Assembly: GCA_963706595.1 (NCBI GenBank)
Contig: OY970166.1
Location: forward strand, 3,104,001 to 3,168,000
Reading direction: 5' to 3'
From: an uncultured cyanobacterium
Lineage (GTDB): Bacteria; Cyanobacteriota; Cyanobacteriia; Cyanobacteriales; Nostocaceae
Length of the DNA stretch: 64,000 nucleotides
Shown: positions 29,701 through 40,400 of the stretch, in pieces
How positions within the stretch are numbered: position 1 is the first letter of the stretch
How the letters are laid out: every line of letters starts with the position of its first letter
Program-made: the position numbers and the translations under genes
The notes under the pieces: model-generated
Databases searched by the model: none
What the model was told of the DNA's origin: nothing
The model's input: only the letters and a program-made list of their open reading frames with translations

Positions 29701-30639
29701 TTAGACGGCTTGTAAAATCTCTTCATCCATAGAGAAATCAACTTCAGCTTGATCTCGCCCAGTTTGTAGATAATCGTTTTCGAGGGAATCAGCCAACCCG
29801 GAAATTAAATCATATTCAGGTTTCCACGCTAATTCTGTCATAGCTTTGTTCACCGAGGCGAAGAAATGCTGCACTCGCATGGGAAAAGCTTTGCGCTTGC
29901 CAAAATCGAATTTTTTGGGGTCGTAATGCACAATTTTTACTGCATCCGGTGATTTACCAGCCGCGATCGCACAAGCACGGGCTAAACCATCGAAAGTCAC
30001 ATAGCGATCGCCTGAAATATTATAAATTTGTCTGATGGCTTGTGAATTGCCGATTACCTGTGTCATGGCTTGGGCTAAATCTTTGACATGACCTAACTGG
30101 GTAATATGCGAACCATTCCCAGGAATCGGTATGGGGCGATCGCGCACGATTCTATCAAAAAACCAGCTTTCCAAATCATTATAATTTTGCGGTCCGTAAA
30201 TGTACGTGGGGCGAATGGAAGTAAACGGTAAATTCTGCTGCATCAAATAAGCTTCGGTTTCATGCTTACCCCGGTGACGACTTTTCGGATCGACTGCATC
30301 GCCTTCGATGTGCGGTAATTGGTCAGATTTGAGATACACCCCCGCAGAACTCATATAGACAAAATGTTGCACTTGGTCTTGAAAAATTTCTGCTAATGGT
30401 TGAGTATCAGTGAGTTCGCGGCCATTATTATCAAAAACGACATCAAACTTTTCTGATGATAATTTTTCCTTTAATTGAGAGGCGTTAGTGCGATCGCCTA
30501 TAATTTGTCCTACCCCTGGTAAAGAAGGCACAGGACGATTACCCCGATTGAAAAGTACCACTTCATGTCCTTGTTCAACCAGCAGTTGAGTCAGGTAAAC
30601 ACCAATGAACCTAGTACCACCCATGATCAAAATTCGCAT
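29701..30639 (-). CDS. NAD-dependent epimerase/dehydratase family, CSP41b-like RNA-binding protein
   Basis: MGGTRFIG, DNNGRE, SSAGVY, KAFPMR..HFF. Confidence 0.85.
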   Translation of the reverse strand: MRILIMGGTRFIGVYLTQLLVEQGHEVVLFNRGNRPVPSLPGVGQIIGDRTNASQLKEKLSSEKFDVVFDNNGRELTDTQPLAEIFQDQVQHFVYMSSAGVYLKSDQLPHIEGDAVDPKSRHRGKHETEAYLMQQNLPFTSIRPTYIYGPQNYNDLESWFFDRIVRDRPIPIPGNGSHITQLGHVKDLAQAMTQVIGNSQAIRQIYNISGDRYVTFDGLARACAIAAGKSPDAVKIVHYDPKKFDFGKRKAFPMRVQHFFASVNKAMTELAWKPEYDLISGLADSLENDYLQTGRDQAEVDFSMDEEILQAV

Positions 30640-30713
30640 AAATTCCCGGTTTTTAGCTTTTACGTCTTGTCAAGAGAGTCAGGAGTACAGGCTAGAGGAT
30701 AAAGGATAAAGGA

Positions 30714-30871
30714 TTCCCATTCCCCACTCCCCACTCCCCACTCCCCACTCCCCATTCCCCATTTCCCACTCCCCACTCCCCATTCCCCACTCCCCACTCC
30801 CCATTCCCCATTCCCCACTCCCCATTTCCCACTCCCCATTTCCCACTCCCCATTCCCCATTCCCCACTCCC
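30714..30871. repeat. STRR-like heptamer array CCCCA(C/T)T, about 22 copies
   Basis: Tandem ccccact/ccccatt/tcccact units; source of several spurious 'GSGEWG' ORFs. Confidence 0.92.
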
Positions 30872-31029
30872 TAATTTGAGATTATCAGGTTGCAGTATCC
30901 ATCTGGAAACTCTTTTAAGCAAATTACGTCCTATACTGAATCTGGTGCAAGTCCAATATCTTGTTCGCAAAAAAACTCTTCAGTTAACTCCGTAAATTGC
31001 AAAGTTTTTTCCATCTATAAAAGTTAGCT

Positions 31030-32172
31030 GTGTCCTTGAAATACGCTTTGGTTCATGAGTGGCTGACACCGAAAGCCACAGGCGGTTCAGAACTAGTTGT
31101 GCAGGAAATTCTGAATCATATTGATGCCAATTTATACGCTCTCATTGATTTTGAATCCACCAATTCTGAAAGTTATTTATACAAACGTCAGATTAGCACA
31201 ACCTTTCTCCAGCACTGGCCTTATGCTCGTAACGGGGTGCAAAAATATCTGCCTTTGTTGCCATTAGCGATTGAACAATTGGAATTACGTCAGTATGACG
31301 TAATTCTATCCTCATCTCATGCTGTCGCCAAAGGAATTCTCACAACCCCCGATCAGTTACACATTTGTTATTGCCATACCCCCATGCGATATGCTTGGGA
31401 CTTAACTTTTGATTATCTCCGCGAAAGTAATTTGGGTCATGGTTTAGCCGGATGGGTAACTCGATATTTATTGCATCGTTTGCGCCAGTGGGATGTATTG
31501 AGTGCCAATCGCGTTGATTACTTCATCGCTAATTCGCAGCACACAGCTCGTCGCATTTGGCGTTGCTATCGTCGAGAAGCAACCGTGATTTATCCCCCAG
31601 TCGATATTGATAATTGTCTATTTTTAGGACAAAAATCAGATTTTTATCTCGTAGTTTCCCGGTTAGTCAGCTATAAGCACGTATCTTTAATTGTCAAAGC
31701 TTTTAATCACCTAAAACTACCATTGGTAATTATTGGTACAGGTCCAGAGATGAAGAAAATTCGCGATCTAGCTAACTCTAATATCCAAATAATGGGATGG
31801 CAACCTGATGATGTGGTGAAAAAATATATGGCTAGAGCTAAGGCATTTGTCTATGCAGCTTGTGAAGATTTTGGCATTGCTTTAGTCGAAGCACAAGCTT
31901 GTGGGACTCCAGTAATTGCCTACGGGGCTGGCGGTGCTTTAGAAAGTGTGCGCGATTTGCGGTCTTATATAGATACAGCCACGGGCATATTTTTCTCAAA
32001 CCAAACACCAGCAGCTGTGATTGAAGCCGTAGAAAAATTTGAAATTTATCAAAATGCTTTCAATCCTGAGTATATGCGATCGCACGCTTCCCAGTTCTCA
32101 TTGCAAGTTTTTGCTGATCGCTATTTAAAATTTATCGACCAATGCCACAAAGAAAGAACATCTTCAAAATGA
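31030..32172 (+). CDS. GT4 glycosyltransferase (RfbZ/WbaZ-like mannosyltransferase)
   Basis: ALVHEWL, YCHTPMRYAWD, EDFGIALVEAQACGTPVI. Confidence 0.88.
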   Translation: MSLKYALVHEWLTPKATGGSELVVQEILNHIDANLYALIDFESTNSESYLYKRQISTTFLQHWPYARNGVQKYLPLLPLAIEQLELRQYDVILSSSHAVAKGILTTPDQLHICYCHTPMRYAWDLTFDYLRESNLGHGLAGWVTRYLLHRLRQWDVLSANRVDYFIANSQHTARRIWRCYRREATVIYPPVDIDNCLFLGQKSDFYLVVSRLVSYKHVSLIVKAFNHLKLPLVIIGTGPEMKKIRDLANSNIQIMGWQPDDVVKKYMARAKAFVYAACEDFGIALVEAQACGTPVIAYGAGGALESVRDLRSYIDTATGIFFSNQTPAAVIEAVEKFEIYQNAFNPEYMRSHASQFSLQVFADRYLKFIDQCHKERTSSK

Positions 32173-32284
32173 ATAGCCAAATTTAATTTCTTATTTTGTG
32201 CGCTTTTGGCAATATATCCCCAGAAGCATTTCATTTTGGCTTTAAGATTGGGACTATGTGTGGTGTGGATTATTAAGGAGTACG

Positions 32285-33067
32285 ATGACTTCTCAAAGCT
32301 CGCTCCTCTCCGGTAAGCGATACATACCCTTTACGAATGGCAAAGCCCAACGGCAAGACACTAGAGCGTCTACGCGTACTTTTTTAAGACGCGGCCAAAA
32401 AACAAAAACGCCTAAGCTCAAATCCAGAGGTTTGTCTGTTCAGGGTTTAAACGGAGAGTTTGCTAAACGACTGTTTGATATAATTTTTTCCCTGTTGGTA
32501 TTGATTTTGTTCTTCCCCCTCTATTTAATTTTGTCCTTGCTGATTGCTTTGAACTCAGAAGGCCCAATTTTTTATATTCAGAAGCGGGTAGGTAAAAACT
32601 ACAAAACCTTCAATTGTATTAAATTCCGCACAATGGTGACTAATGCAGACGAGATGCTCATGCAAATAATGGAAACATCGCCCCAGTTGCGCCAAGAATT
32701 CGAGAGCAGCTTTAAGCTCAAACAAGATCCCCGAATTACCAACATTGGTCAATTTTTGCGAATGACCAGCTTGGACGAATTTCCTCAATTCTGGAACGTT
32801 CTCACAGGAGACATGAGTGTTGTTGGACCCCGCCCCTTAGTAGAGTTAGAACTTCCCAAATATGGTTGTCACATTGACCATATTTTAACTATCCGTCCAG
32901 GCATCACTGGATTATGGCAAGTTTCTGGACGCAATGACATTCCTTATCCCCGAAGAGTCCAAATAGACCTGCATTATGTCAAATTTAGGAATTTTTGGCT
33001 TGATTTATGGATAATATTTAAAACAATTAATGTGGTTATTCGTCCTAAAAATAACGGGGCGTACTGA
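32285..33067 (+). CDS. Undecaprenyl-phosphate sugar phosphotransferase (RfbP/WbaP-like)
   Basis: KRLFDI, KFRTM, DPRIT, SLDEFPQ, GDMSVVGPRP, PGITGLWQV; RBS aaggag before ATG 32285. Confidence 0.9.
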   Translation: MTSQSSLLSGKRYIPFTNGKAQRQDTRASTRTFLRRGQKTKTPKLKSRGLSVQGLNGEFAKRLFDIIFSLLVLILFFPLYLILSLLIALNSEGPIFYIQKRVGKNYKTFNCIKFRTMVTNADEMLMQIMETSPQLRQEFESSFKLKQDPRITNIGQFLRMTSLDEFPQFWNVLTGDMSVVGPRPLVELELPKYGCHIDHILTIRPGITGLWQVSGRNDIPYPRRVQIDLHYVKFRNFWLDLWIIFKTINVVIRPKNNGAY

Positions 33068-33466
33068 AGAGGCAGTGGGCGGGCTGGCCGTGAGCGTAGC
33101 CGAACGGTACGGGGAGGTTTTGTCCACCCTACCATGCCCCTCATGGCTACGACACGCCAGCTATTGTGGGCGTAGAAACTCAGGAATCTGCCTAGCAGAT
33201 TGATTCAAACTTAATAAAACGAAAACTATATAAACTTTTGGCAAAGATTAAATAAATTATACCACATATTACGTTGCTTTTGAGTTAAACTGCTTAGAGC
33301 TAACTTGTAAAATTAGTATTTAATAAGTATATTTAGTGACGGAAAACCTCTCTTTGTTAGTTGCTAAAACTATGAGGCTTTCCATTAGGCAATCTAGTCT
33401 TTAGCTGCTAGGTTGTATCAATCGATGTGTAATTATTTTATCAAAGGCAACAAAGGATAATTGAGC

Positions 33467-34543
33467 ATGACCGAAAAAAAACGCGCGTTAATTACTGGTA
33501 TTACTGGTCAAGATGGTTCATACCTGAGTGAGTTTTTACTAGAGCAAGGTTATGAGGTGCATGGTATTATTCGCCGGACTTCTACCTTTAATACAGACCG
33601 CATTGATCATATGTATGAAGATCCTCACAAACAGGGAGTGCGGTTGTTTCTTCACTACGGCGATTTGACTGATGGTACAACCTTACGCCGAATTTTAGAA
33701 GAAGTCCAGCCCACAGAAATTTATAACTTGGGCGCTCAATCTCATGTTCGAGTCAGCTTTGACTCACCAGAATACACAGTTGATGCAGTGGGAATGGGAA
33801 CACTGCGTTTACTAGAAGCCATCCGCGACTACCAGCAACGCACAGGAATTCAGGTGCGTTTCTACCAAGCGGGTTCCTCAGAAATGTTTGGTTTAGTGCA
33901 AGCAGTACCCCAAAGCGAAACCACCCCGTTTTATCCCCGCAGTCCCTATGCTTGTGCTAAAGTTTATGCCCACTGGCAAACGGTGAATTACCGTGAGTCG
34001 TATAATTTGTTTGCTTGTAATGGCATCCTATTTAACCACGAATCACCAAGGCGGGGTGAAACCTTTGTGACTCGCAAAATTACTAGAGCCGTGGCGAAAA
34101 TTGTCGCTGGTAAACAGAAGAAAATTTATATGGGTAATCTCGATTCTAAAAGAGATTGGGGTTACGCCAAGGATTACGTAAGAGCTATGTGGCTGATGTT
34201 GCAGCAAGAACAGCCTGAAGACTACGTAATTGCGACTGGTGAAACTTACTCTGTGCGCCAATTTTTGGAAAAGGCCTTTGGTTATGTCAACCTGAAGTGG
34301 GAAGATTATGTGGAGTTTGACGATCGCTATATTCGTCCGGCGGAAGTAGACTTGTTAATTGGTGATCCTACCAAGGCCAAACAAAAGTTAGGTTGGGAAC
34401 CATCAGTGACTTTTGACGAATTGGTAGCTCTGATGGTAGAAGCAGATTTACAGGCGTTGGGTCATACTTCACCCAATGGTAATGGCATAGCTTCTGATGA
34501 TATTGCTACTACTCGTCAAGAACTAGGCGCTCTCCACTTCTGA
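33467..34543 (+). CDS. gmd: GDP-mannose 4,6-dehydratase
   Basis: [42 protein letters not shown]. Confidence 0.97.
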   Translation: MTEKKRALITGITGQDGSYLSEFLLEQGYEVHGIIRRTSTFNTDRIDHMYEDPHKQGVRLFLHYGDLTDGTTLRRILEEVQPTEIYNLGAQSHVRVSFDSPEYTVDAVGMGTLRLLEAIRDYQQRTGIQVRFYQAGSSEMFGLVQAVPQSETTPFYPRSPYACAKVYAHWQTVNYRESYNLFACNGILFNHESPRRGETFVTRKITRAVAKIVAGKQKKIYMGNLDSKRDWGYAKDYVRAMWLMLQQEQPEDYVIATGETYSVRQFLEKAFGYVNLKWEDYVEFDDRYIRPAEVDLLIGDPTKAKQKLGWEPSVTFDELVALMVEADLQALGHTSPNGNGIASDDIATTRQELGALHF

Positions 34544-34566
34544 TTTATACCGCAAACTATAAAATT

Positions 34567-35511
34567 ATGACCGCCTTAGAACTCAAAAATCAACGGATTC
34601 TCGTGACTGGTGGGGCGGGTTTCCTGGGTCGTCAGGTAATTTCGCAACTGTGTAAAGCTGGGGCTGATAGTGCTAAAATTACAGTCACGCGATCGCGTGA
34701 GCATGATTTACGTGTCATGGAAAATTGCCAGCGTGCAGTTGACCAACAAGACATTATCATTCACTTAGCAGCTCACGTCGGTGGTATTGGTCTAAACCGC
34801 GAAAAACCCGCCGAGTTATTTTACGACAACTTAATCATGGGTACTCAGCTAATTCACGCTGCCCACGCAGCTGGAGTTGCAAAATTTGTTTGTGTGGGTA
34901 CAATTTGTGCCTATCCCAAATTTACACCAGTGCCATTCAAAGAAGATGACCTCTGGAATGGCTACCCCGAAGAAACCAACGCTCCCTACGGAATCGCTAA
35001 GAAAGCGCTTTTAGTGCAATTACAATCTTACCGCCAGCAGTATGGCTTTAATGGCATTTACTTGTTGCCAGTAAATTTATACGGACCTGAAGATAACTTT
35101 GACACCAGCAGTTCCCACGTCATTCCCGCGTTAATTCGCAAAGTCCATGAAGCCCAAATCAAGGGAGAAAAACAACTTCCGGTTTGGGGTGATGGTAGTC
35201 CTACCCGTGAGTTTCTCTATTCCGAAGATGCGGCGCGGGGAATTGTCATGGGTACTACTTCCTATAATGACTCTGAACCAGTTAATTTGGGAACGGGTGA
35301 AGAAATCACTATCCGCGATTTAATTACTCTCATCTGCGAATTGATGGAGTTTGATGGTGAAATTGTTTGGCAAACAAATCAGCCAAATGGTCAACCCAGG
35401 CGCTGTTTGGATACTGAACGGGCTAAGGAAGCTTTTGATTTCACGGCTCAGGTCAGTTTTAGGCAAGGGCTAAGGAATACGATTGATTGGTATCGCCAAA
35501 ACGCTGCATAG
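34567..35511 (+). CDS. fcl: GDP-L-fucose synthase
   Basis: [44 protein letters not shown]; follows gmd. Confidence 0.95.
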   Translation: MTALELKNQRILVTGGAGFLGRQVISQLCKAGADSAKITVTRSREHDLRVMENCQRAVDQQDIIIHLAAHVGGIGLNREKPAELFYDNLIMGTQLIHAAHAAGVAKFVCVGTICAYPKFTPVPFKEDDLWNGYPEETNAPYGIAKKALLVQLQSYRQQYGFNGIYLLPVNLYGPEDNFDTSSSHVIPALIRKVHEAQIKGEKQLPVWGDGSPTREFLYSEDAARGIVMGTTSYNDSEPVNLGTGEEITIRDLITLICELMEFDGEIVWQTNQPNGQPRRCLDTERAKEAFDFTAQVSFRQGLRNTIDWYRQNAA

Positions 35512-35520
35512 TTACTGTGG

Positions 35521-35546
35521 GGTGGGCGATGCCCACCTTTTTTTTT
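35521..35546 (+). terminator. Intrinsic terminator after fcl
   Basis: GGTGGGC-gat-GCCCACC followed by T9. Confidence 0.75.
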
Positions 35547-35596
35547 AACGCAGAGGAGCGCTAAGGTAAGCGCAGAGGTACGCGGAGGTTTTTTGC

Positions 35597-36136
35597 ATGG
35601 GGAAGGTTGATTTACGTCGGAGTCTTATACTTAAACGGCAATCTATGTCTGTGGATGAATGGAGGGAAAGGAGCGATCGCATCTGTAGCCAGTTGCAAGG
35701 TTATACTCTATTTACTCAGGCTAAAACAATTCTCGCTTATTTCAGTTTTCGTCAAGAACCAGACTTGAGTCCATTGTTTACAAATACTAACTATAATTGG
35801 GGTTTTCCACGCTGCGTTGGTCAGTCTCTGCATTGGCATCTCTGGAAACCTGAAGATTCTGTTCAAGTCGGTGCTTATGGTATTACTGAACCTGATTTTT
35901 ATGCCCCGACTGTAGACCCTGCTGATGTTGATTTGATTCTCGTTCCCTGTGTGGCTTGCGACTATCAGGGATATCGTCTGGGTTATGGCGGTGGATATTA
36001 TGACCGTTTACTCAGTTCACCCCATTGGGCAAATAAGCCCACTATCGGCATTGTCTTTGATTTTGCGTATTTACCCCAAATACCTCTGGAACCTTGGGAT
36101 AAACCATTACAAGTTGTGATTACTGAAAACCATTGA
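35597..36136 (+). CDS. 5-formyltetrahydrofolate cyclo-ligase
   Basis: DLILVPCVACD..GYRLGYGGGYYDR, EPWD. Confidence 0.93.
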   Translation: MGKVDLRRSLILKRQSMSVDEWRERSDRICSQLQGYTLFTQAKTILAYFSFRQEPDLSPLFTNTNYNWGFPRCVGQSLHWHLWKPEDSVQVGAYGITEPDFYAPTVDPADVDLILVPCVACDYQGYRLGYGGGYYDRLLSSPHWANKPTIGIVFDFAYLPQIPLEPWDKPLQVVITENH

Positions 36137-36155
36137 ATTTCAACTAATTGTTATT

Positions 36156-36989
36156 TTGAAAACCTCTAATTCCCGACTAAAAACTATTTTAATCTATGGG
36201 TTATTAGGCGCGATCGCACTGGTGACACTTTTTCCTTTGCTTTGGCTGATTAGTACAGCTTTGAAGTCTCCCACAGAAAACATTTTACAGTCGCCGCCGC
36301 AGTTGTTACCCAGTCAACCAACATTAAATAACTTCTTTAGTGTCTGGCGATCGCTACCTTTTACACAATACCTCTACAACAGTACCTTAGTAGCAGTCCT
36401 GACAGTGGGTTTGAATCTACTGTTTTGTTCTTTAGCCGCTTATCCCTTAGCCAGACTGTCATTTCTGGGAAGAAACGCCATTTTTATTGCCATCGTCTCA
36501 ACCATCATGATTCCCTTTCAAATCGTGATGATTCCCCTGTATATTTTAACAGTTCAACTAGGTTTAAGAAATAGTTATTTAGGCATAATTTTTCCCAGTT
36601 TAGCATCAGCTTTTGGGATTTTTTTACTGCGACAAGCGTTTATGGGTGTCCCCAAAGAATTAGAAGAAGCCGCCCGCATGGATGGGAGTTCAGAATTAGG
36701 CTTATGGTGGCATATTATGTTGCCAGCAGTTCGTCCAGCATTAGTTACCCTGTCTATTTTCGTATTCATCGGTTCTTGGAGCGACTTTCTGTGGCCGTTA
36801 ATTGTCATCCAAGATGAAAGCTTATATACCCTACCTTTAGGAGTAGCGAAGTTAGCCGGGACATTTTCTTTAGACTGGCGATTAGTAGCGGCTGGTTCCA
36901 TCATTTCTATTGCCCCAGTCCTGCTATTATTCTTATTTGTCCAACGTTATATTGTACCCACAGAAACAGGTAGTGGTGTCAAGGGGTAA
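36156..36989 (+). CDS. Carbohydrate ABC transporter permease
   Basis: EAA loop PKELEEAARMDG, multiple TM helices. Confidence 0.92.
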   Translation: MKTSNSRLKTILIYGLLGAIALVTLFPLLWLISTALKSPTENILQSPPQLLPSQPTLNNFFSVWRSLPFTQYLYNSTLVAVLTVGLNLLFCSLAAYPLARLSFLGRNAIFIAIVSTIMIPFQIVMIPLYILTVQLGLRNSYLGIIFPSLASAFGIFLLRQAFMGVPKELEEAARMDGSSELGLWWHIMLPAVRPALVTLSIFVFIGSWSDFLWPLIVIQDESLYTLPLGVAKLAGTFSLDWRLVAAGSIISIAPVLLLFLFVQRYIVPTETGSGVKG

Positions 36990-37161
36990 ATAGTTTCTTC
37001 GTAGTAATTCATTTGCCAAACAGATTATTAAACATCTTGATTTATCGGCGGTTAATTATTCTGATCTGAACCGTATTTATAGCACTTATCAGTTAAGTGA
37101 GATACAAGTCTTATCAAGTTGCCTCATCACGTTTTGATCCCCCCTAGCCCCCCTTGAGAAG

Positions 37162-37356
37162 CAGGGCTGTTTCGTTCCCTAAAAGGGTTAAAATTGCAAG
37201 GGTCAAAGAGATAAAAATTGAGTGCAAATCCACAATTAGGACAAAAAATTTTGGTGTCTTCAGACCGAAATACCTGATTTTTCTTTGCGTCTTTGCGCCT
37301 TTGCGTGAGATTATCCTCTTGACAAATCTCCAACACAAGCGAATGAATCAGCCCTG
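37162..37356. mobile_element. 195-bp MITE with 10-bp target-site duplication
   Basis: TIRs CAGGGCTGTTTCGTTC / GAATGAATCAGCCCTG (14/16 match); TSD CCTTGAGAAG at 37152-37161 and 37357-37366. Confidence 0.88.
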
Positions 37357-37454
37357 CCTTGAGAAGGGGGGAAATTTTCTTAAAGTCCCCCTTTTTCTAC
37401 GCCGAAGGCGCATCCCCGAAGGGGTTTAGGGGGATTTAGGGGGATTCAGATCAC

Positions 37455-40400
37455 TTAAGAAGTCACTTCCAAAGCCAAATTCACCGTGTAAGGCTCATCC
37501 ATTGGCTGCTGAGTACTGGCTTGGATAGCATCAAGATAACGGCGCAAAACTAGAATTTGTGGGAAATTGGGACGATAATTGAGATTTCCTTGCTTAACAA
37601 ACAGTGGTGCAGATGCGATCGCCTGGTAGTCAGAATTCTGCTGAGAACTGCTGGTAAGCCAAGTAGAATCAGGGGTTGCAGGTATTAAGCCCGGAGGTAA
37701 CTCACCTGACAAAAAGGCTAATAAGCGTTGCTGACAAATACTCGTATTAATCCCAAAATCCTCAAATAGCAGGAGAATTTCGCTAAAAGATAAAGTTCTA
37801 TCTGGCAACAGCCGCAGCAACTGCATAAACAGGAAATAGTCGGTGTACTGTTGCTGGGGTTGATCTAAAACCTGGGGATGCAAAGGTAACATCGCCAAAC
37901 CTAATGCTACCCGACTGCAAAGGGGCGCGCCGTTTTCACCAAGATAAAAATCTTGAATAATTTTGGTGTTCGGCAGTTTTTGCTGTAACCAATTATTCAC
38001 AAGTCCTAAAGAAGCTACCCCACCAGTTAAAATAGCTTGATTAATTGCTTCCGTGGGTATACCACGAGCTAGTAATAACTTATTAAATTCTCGGTTCAAG
38101 CGGCGCACAAAGGGGATAAACACATGGTTTTCTAAATCTCGTCGTTGTAATACCCATCGCTGATCTGCTAATTCCAAAGTAAAGGAATCTTGATTTTGCA
38201 AAATCAGTTTCAAGGCCATCGCTGCATTTAGCACCGCCTGTCCTAACAAAGAACTTTCTAACCTCTGCTGGAGACGAATCCGAGCCGTCAGATCCGGTTC
38301 CCCTACTTGTGGTAAGTCTAATTCTTCCAATCCCAAACTTTGCCAATGCATTTGATCTAAACCTGGAAAAGCAGGTTGCCATTGCCAAAGATTGTTGGTA
38401 ATTGTTGTACTGTCTCCTGCGTTTTCCCAGCGCGGTTGCCGATATTTTGAGGGAAACAGCAACTGGCAGATAATATCTTGCTCAATTCCGTTACTAGCAT
38501 AGGCAAAACTATGGAGCATAAAATCATGGTGCGCCAATTGTTGCAGCTGCTCTGGTAAATCTACCAGTGCCATTTCGGTAGTAGTTGCCCCAATATTAAT
38601 CACAAAAGTGTTACCAACCACAGCATCATCGCTTGGTTTAGCTGGATGTAAACCTTGGGCATCGCTGATTTGCACTGTTTCACCATTAGCGCTATCGAGT
38701 ATAGTTAGGAGACTAGCGATCGCTTCCTCCACAAAAAATACTTGCTGTGGATGTGGGACTAATTTGCTAGTCAGTATAGCTTCGCGCACATTAAAGCGAT
38801 ATTGTTCTGACCAGCTAGATGGACAGCTGCAAATTACACCAGCAATATGATTAATAATGGCATGGAAAGTTTCTTCATCTAAACCCACAGCCGTCGCGAT
38901 TAAACCTTGGGTTGTACTCCGGCGATCTGCTTTCAAAGTCAATAGTAATTTAGAGAGCGATCGCACAACCCAAATCAAAGGTCCCGCAGAAAATTTATTA
39001 AACTGTAATACAGGTTGCCATTTTTGTTGTTCATTCTGATACGGGATAGCTACCTGCAAATAAGGCTTCAACTTTACTGAATAACAATTATTCTGCCAAT
39101 TTTCTGCCGCCTGGACCTCTATTTTTTCAGTCTCTCCTTGCGGTACAGAAGCCGTCGGCAGATAAACCTCCGCCGGCAAACGAAACGATTGCTGAAAACA
39201 AGCAACTCCCTGTTGGTTTTCTGATGACCAGCAGATAGGATAAACAACAGCAGTAGAACGATTCAACAAAGCCGCAGAAATTCCAGTTGTACCCACATCA
39301 ATGCCTAGATACCAAACTGAATCCAGAACATTGCGGGAAGCATCTCTATTATTTACAGACTCTATTTTCTCATTTGTCGGACTAAAATCTAAGTCAGCTT
39401 CTGTTTGCGGCCAAGATATTGGGTTAACCTGGAATAAATCCACACCAGAATCAGCAAAATTTGGCGGATCAAAATCAGTCAACATTTCCTGGTCTATACC
39501 ATCTTCAAAAGCATAAAAAATATCTAAATTCAAATCAGGCTTCAGCATTTCATCAAAGTTGGCTAAATCCTCATTTAACTGTTGAATCTGCTCTTCATCT
39601 AGAATAATATCCGGCAGATTTACAGATTGGCTCTCCTCTGGTGAAAGCAAATTTTCTTGTAGCGAAGCCGGAATATAGTTATTTAAATCCCCCTCTTCCT
39701 CACCATCAGCCACGACTGACGACTGCTGACTATTGGTGATTACTCCTGCTGTTTCCAAACTAGAAGAGACATCCAACGGCTGCGCTTCAACATCTAAATC
39801 AGCAAATAAGTCACTCAGCGCTGTAATTGTATCAGCACTGCTGGGCTGCAAAGGAACACTATTAGTTAATGCAACTGCTGATTCCGAAAACCCAGAAAGA
39901 CTTAAGGATTTATCTGCATTCTGATCTTCGTCAAAAAACAATTCTTGCCATGAGTCTGATTCCGTATTTGCTTCCTCAAACCCAGGATTGAAAATCTGTT
40001 GTTCTGGTTGAATTAGAGGTGTGGGTGTAGACTCTGCAATGTGATCTGTTAAAATCGCCTCTGATTCTAAAGGATGAATTGAAGATGCAAGTATAGTCTC
40101 AGGAATATTCTCATCCTGTGGAATCGTCTCTGATTCTAAGGGAGAAGTGAAAGATGCAAGTATAGTCTCAGGAATATTCTCATCCTGTGGAATCGCCTCT
40201 GATTCTAAGGAAGAAGTGAAAGATGCAGGTATAGTCTCAGGAATATTCGACAATGATAAATCTTCTACATCAAGGCTGAGATTAGTAAAATCAACAGTCC
40301 CCAATAAACTAGCATAAAGTTGATCTACTTCATCACCAATGAATTCCAAAGCATCCTGCTGTGCTGCACTTGCTCTATTACTAGATGTTCCAGAATCATC

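Noticed and set aside
30660..30970. Three overlapping GSGEWG-repeat ORFs
   Set aside because: Translation artefacts of the heptamer array
32285..33067. Calling this gene hepC
   Set aside because: Same sugar-transferase family, but the GT4-transferase-gmd-fcl context fits the LPS rfbP-like locus better
37127..37429. Three short ORFs
   Set aside because: They span the 195-bp MITE and show no transposase motifs
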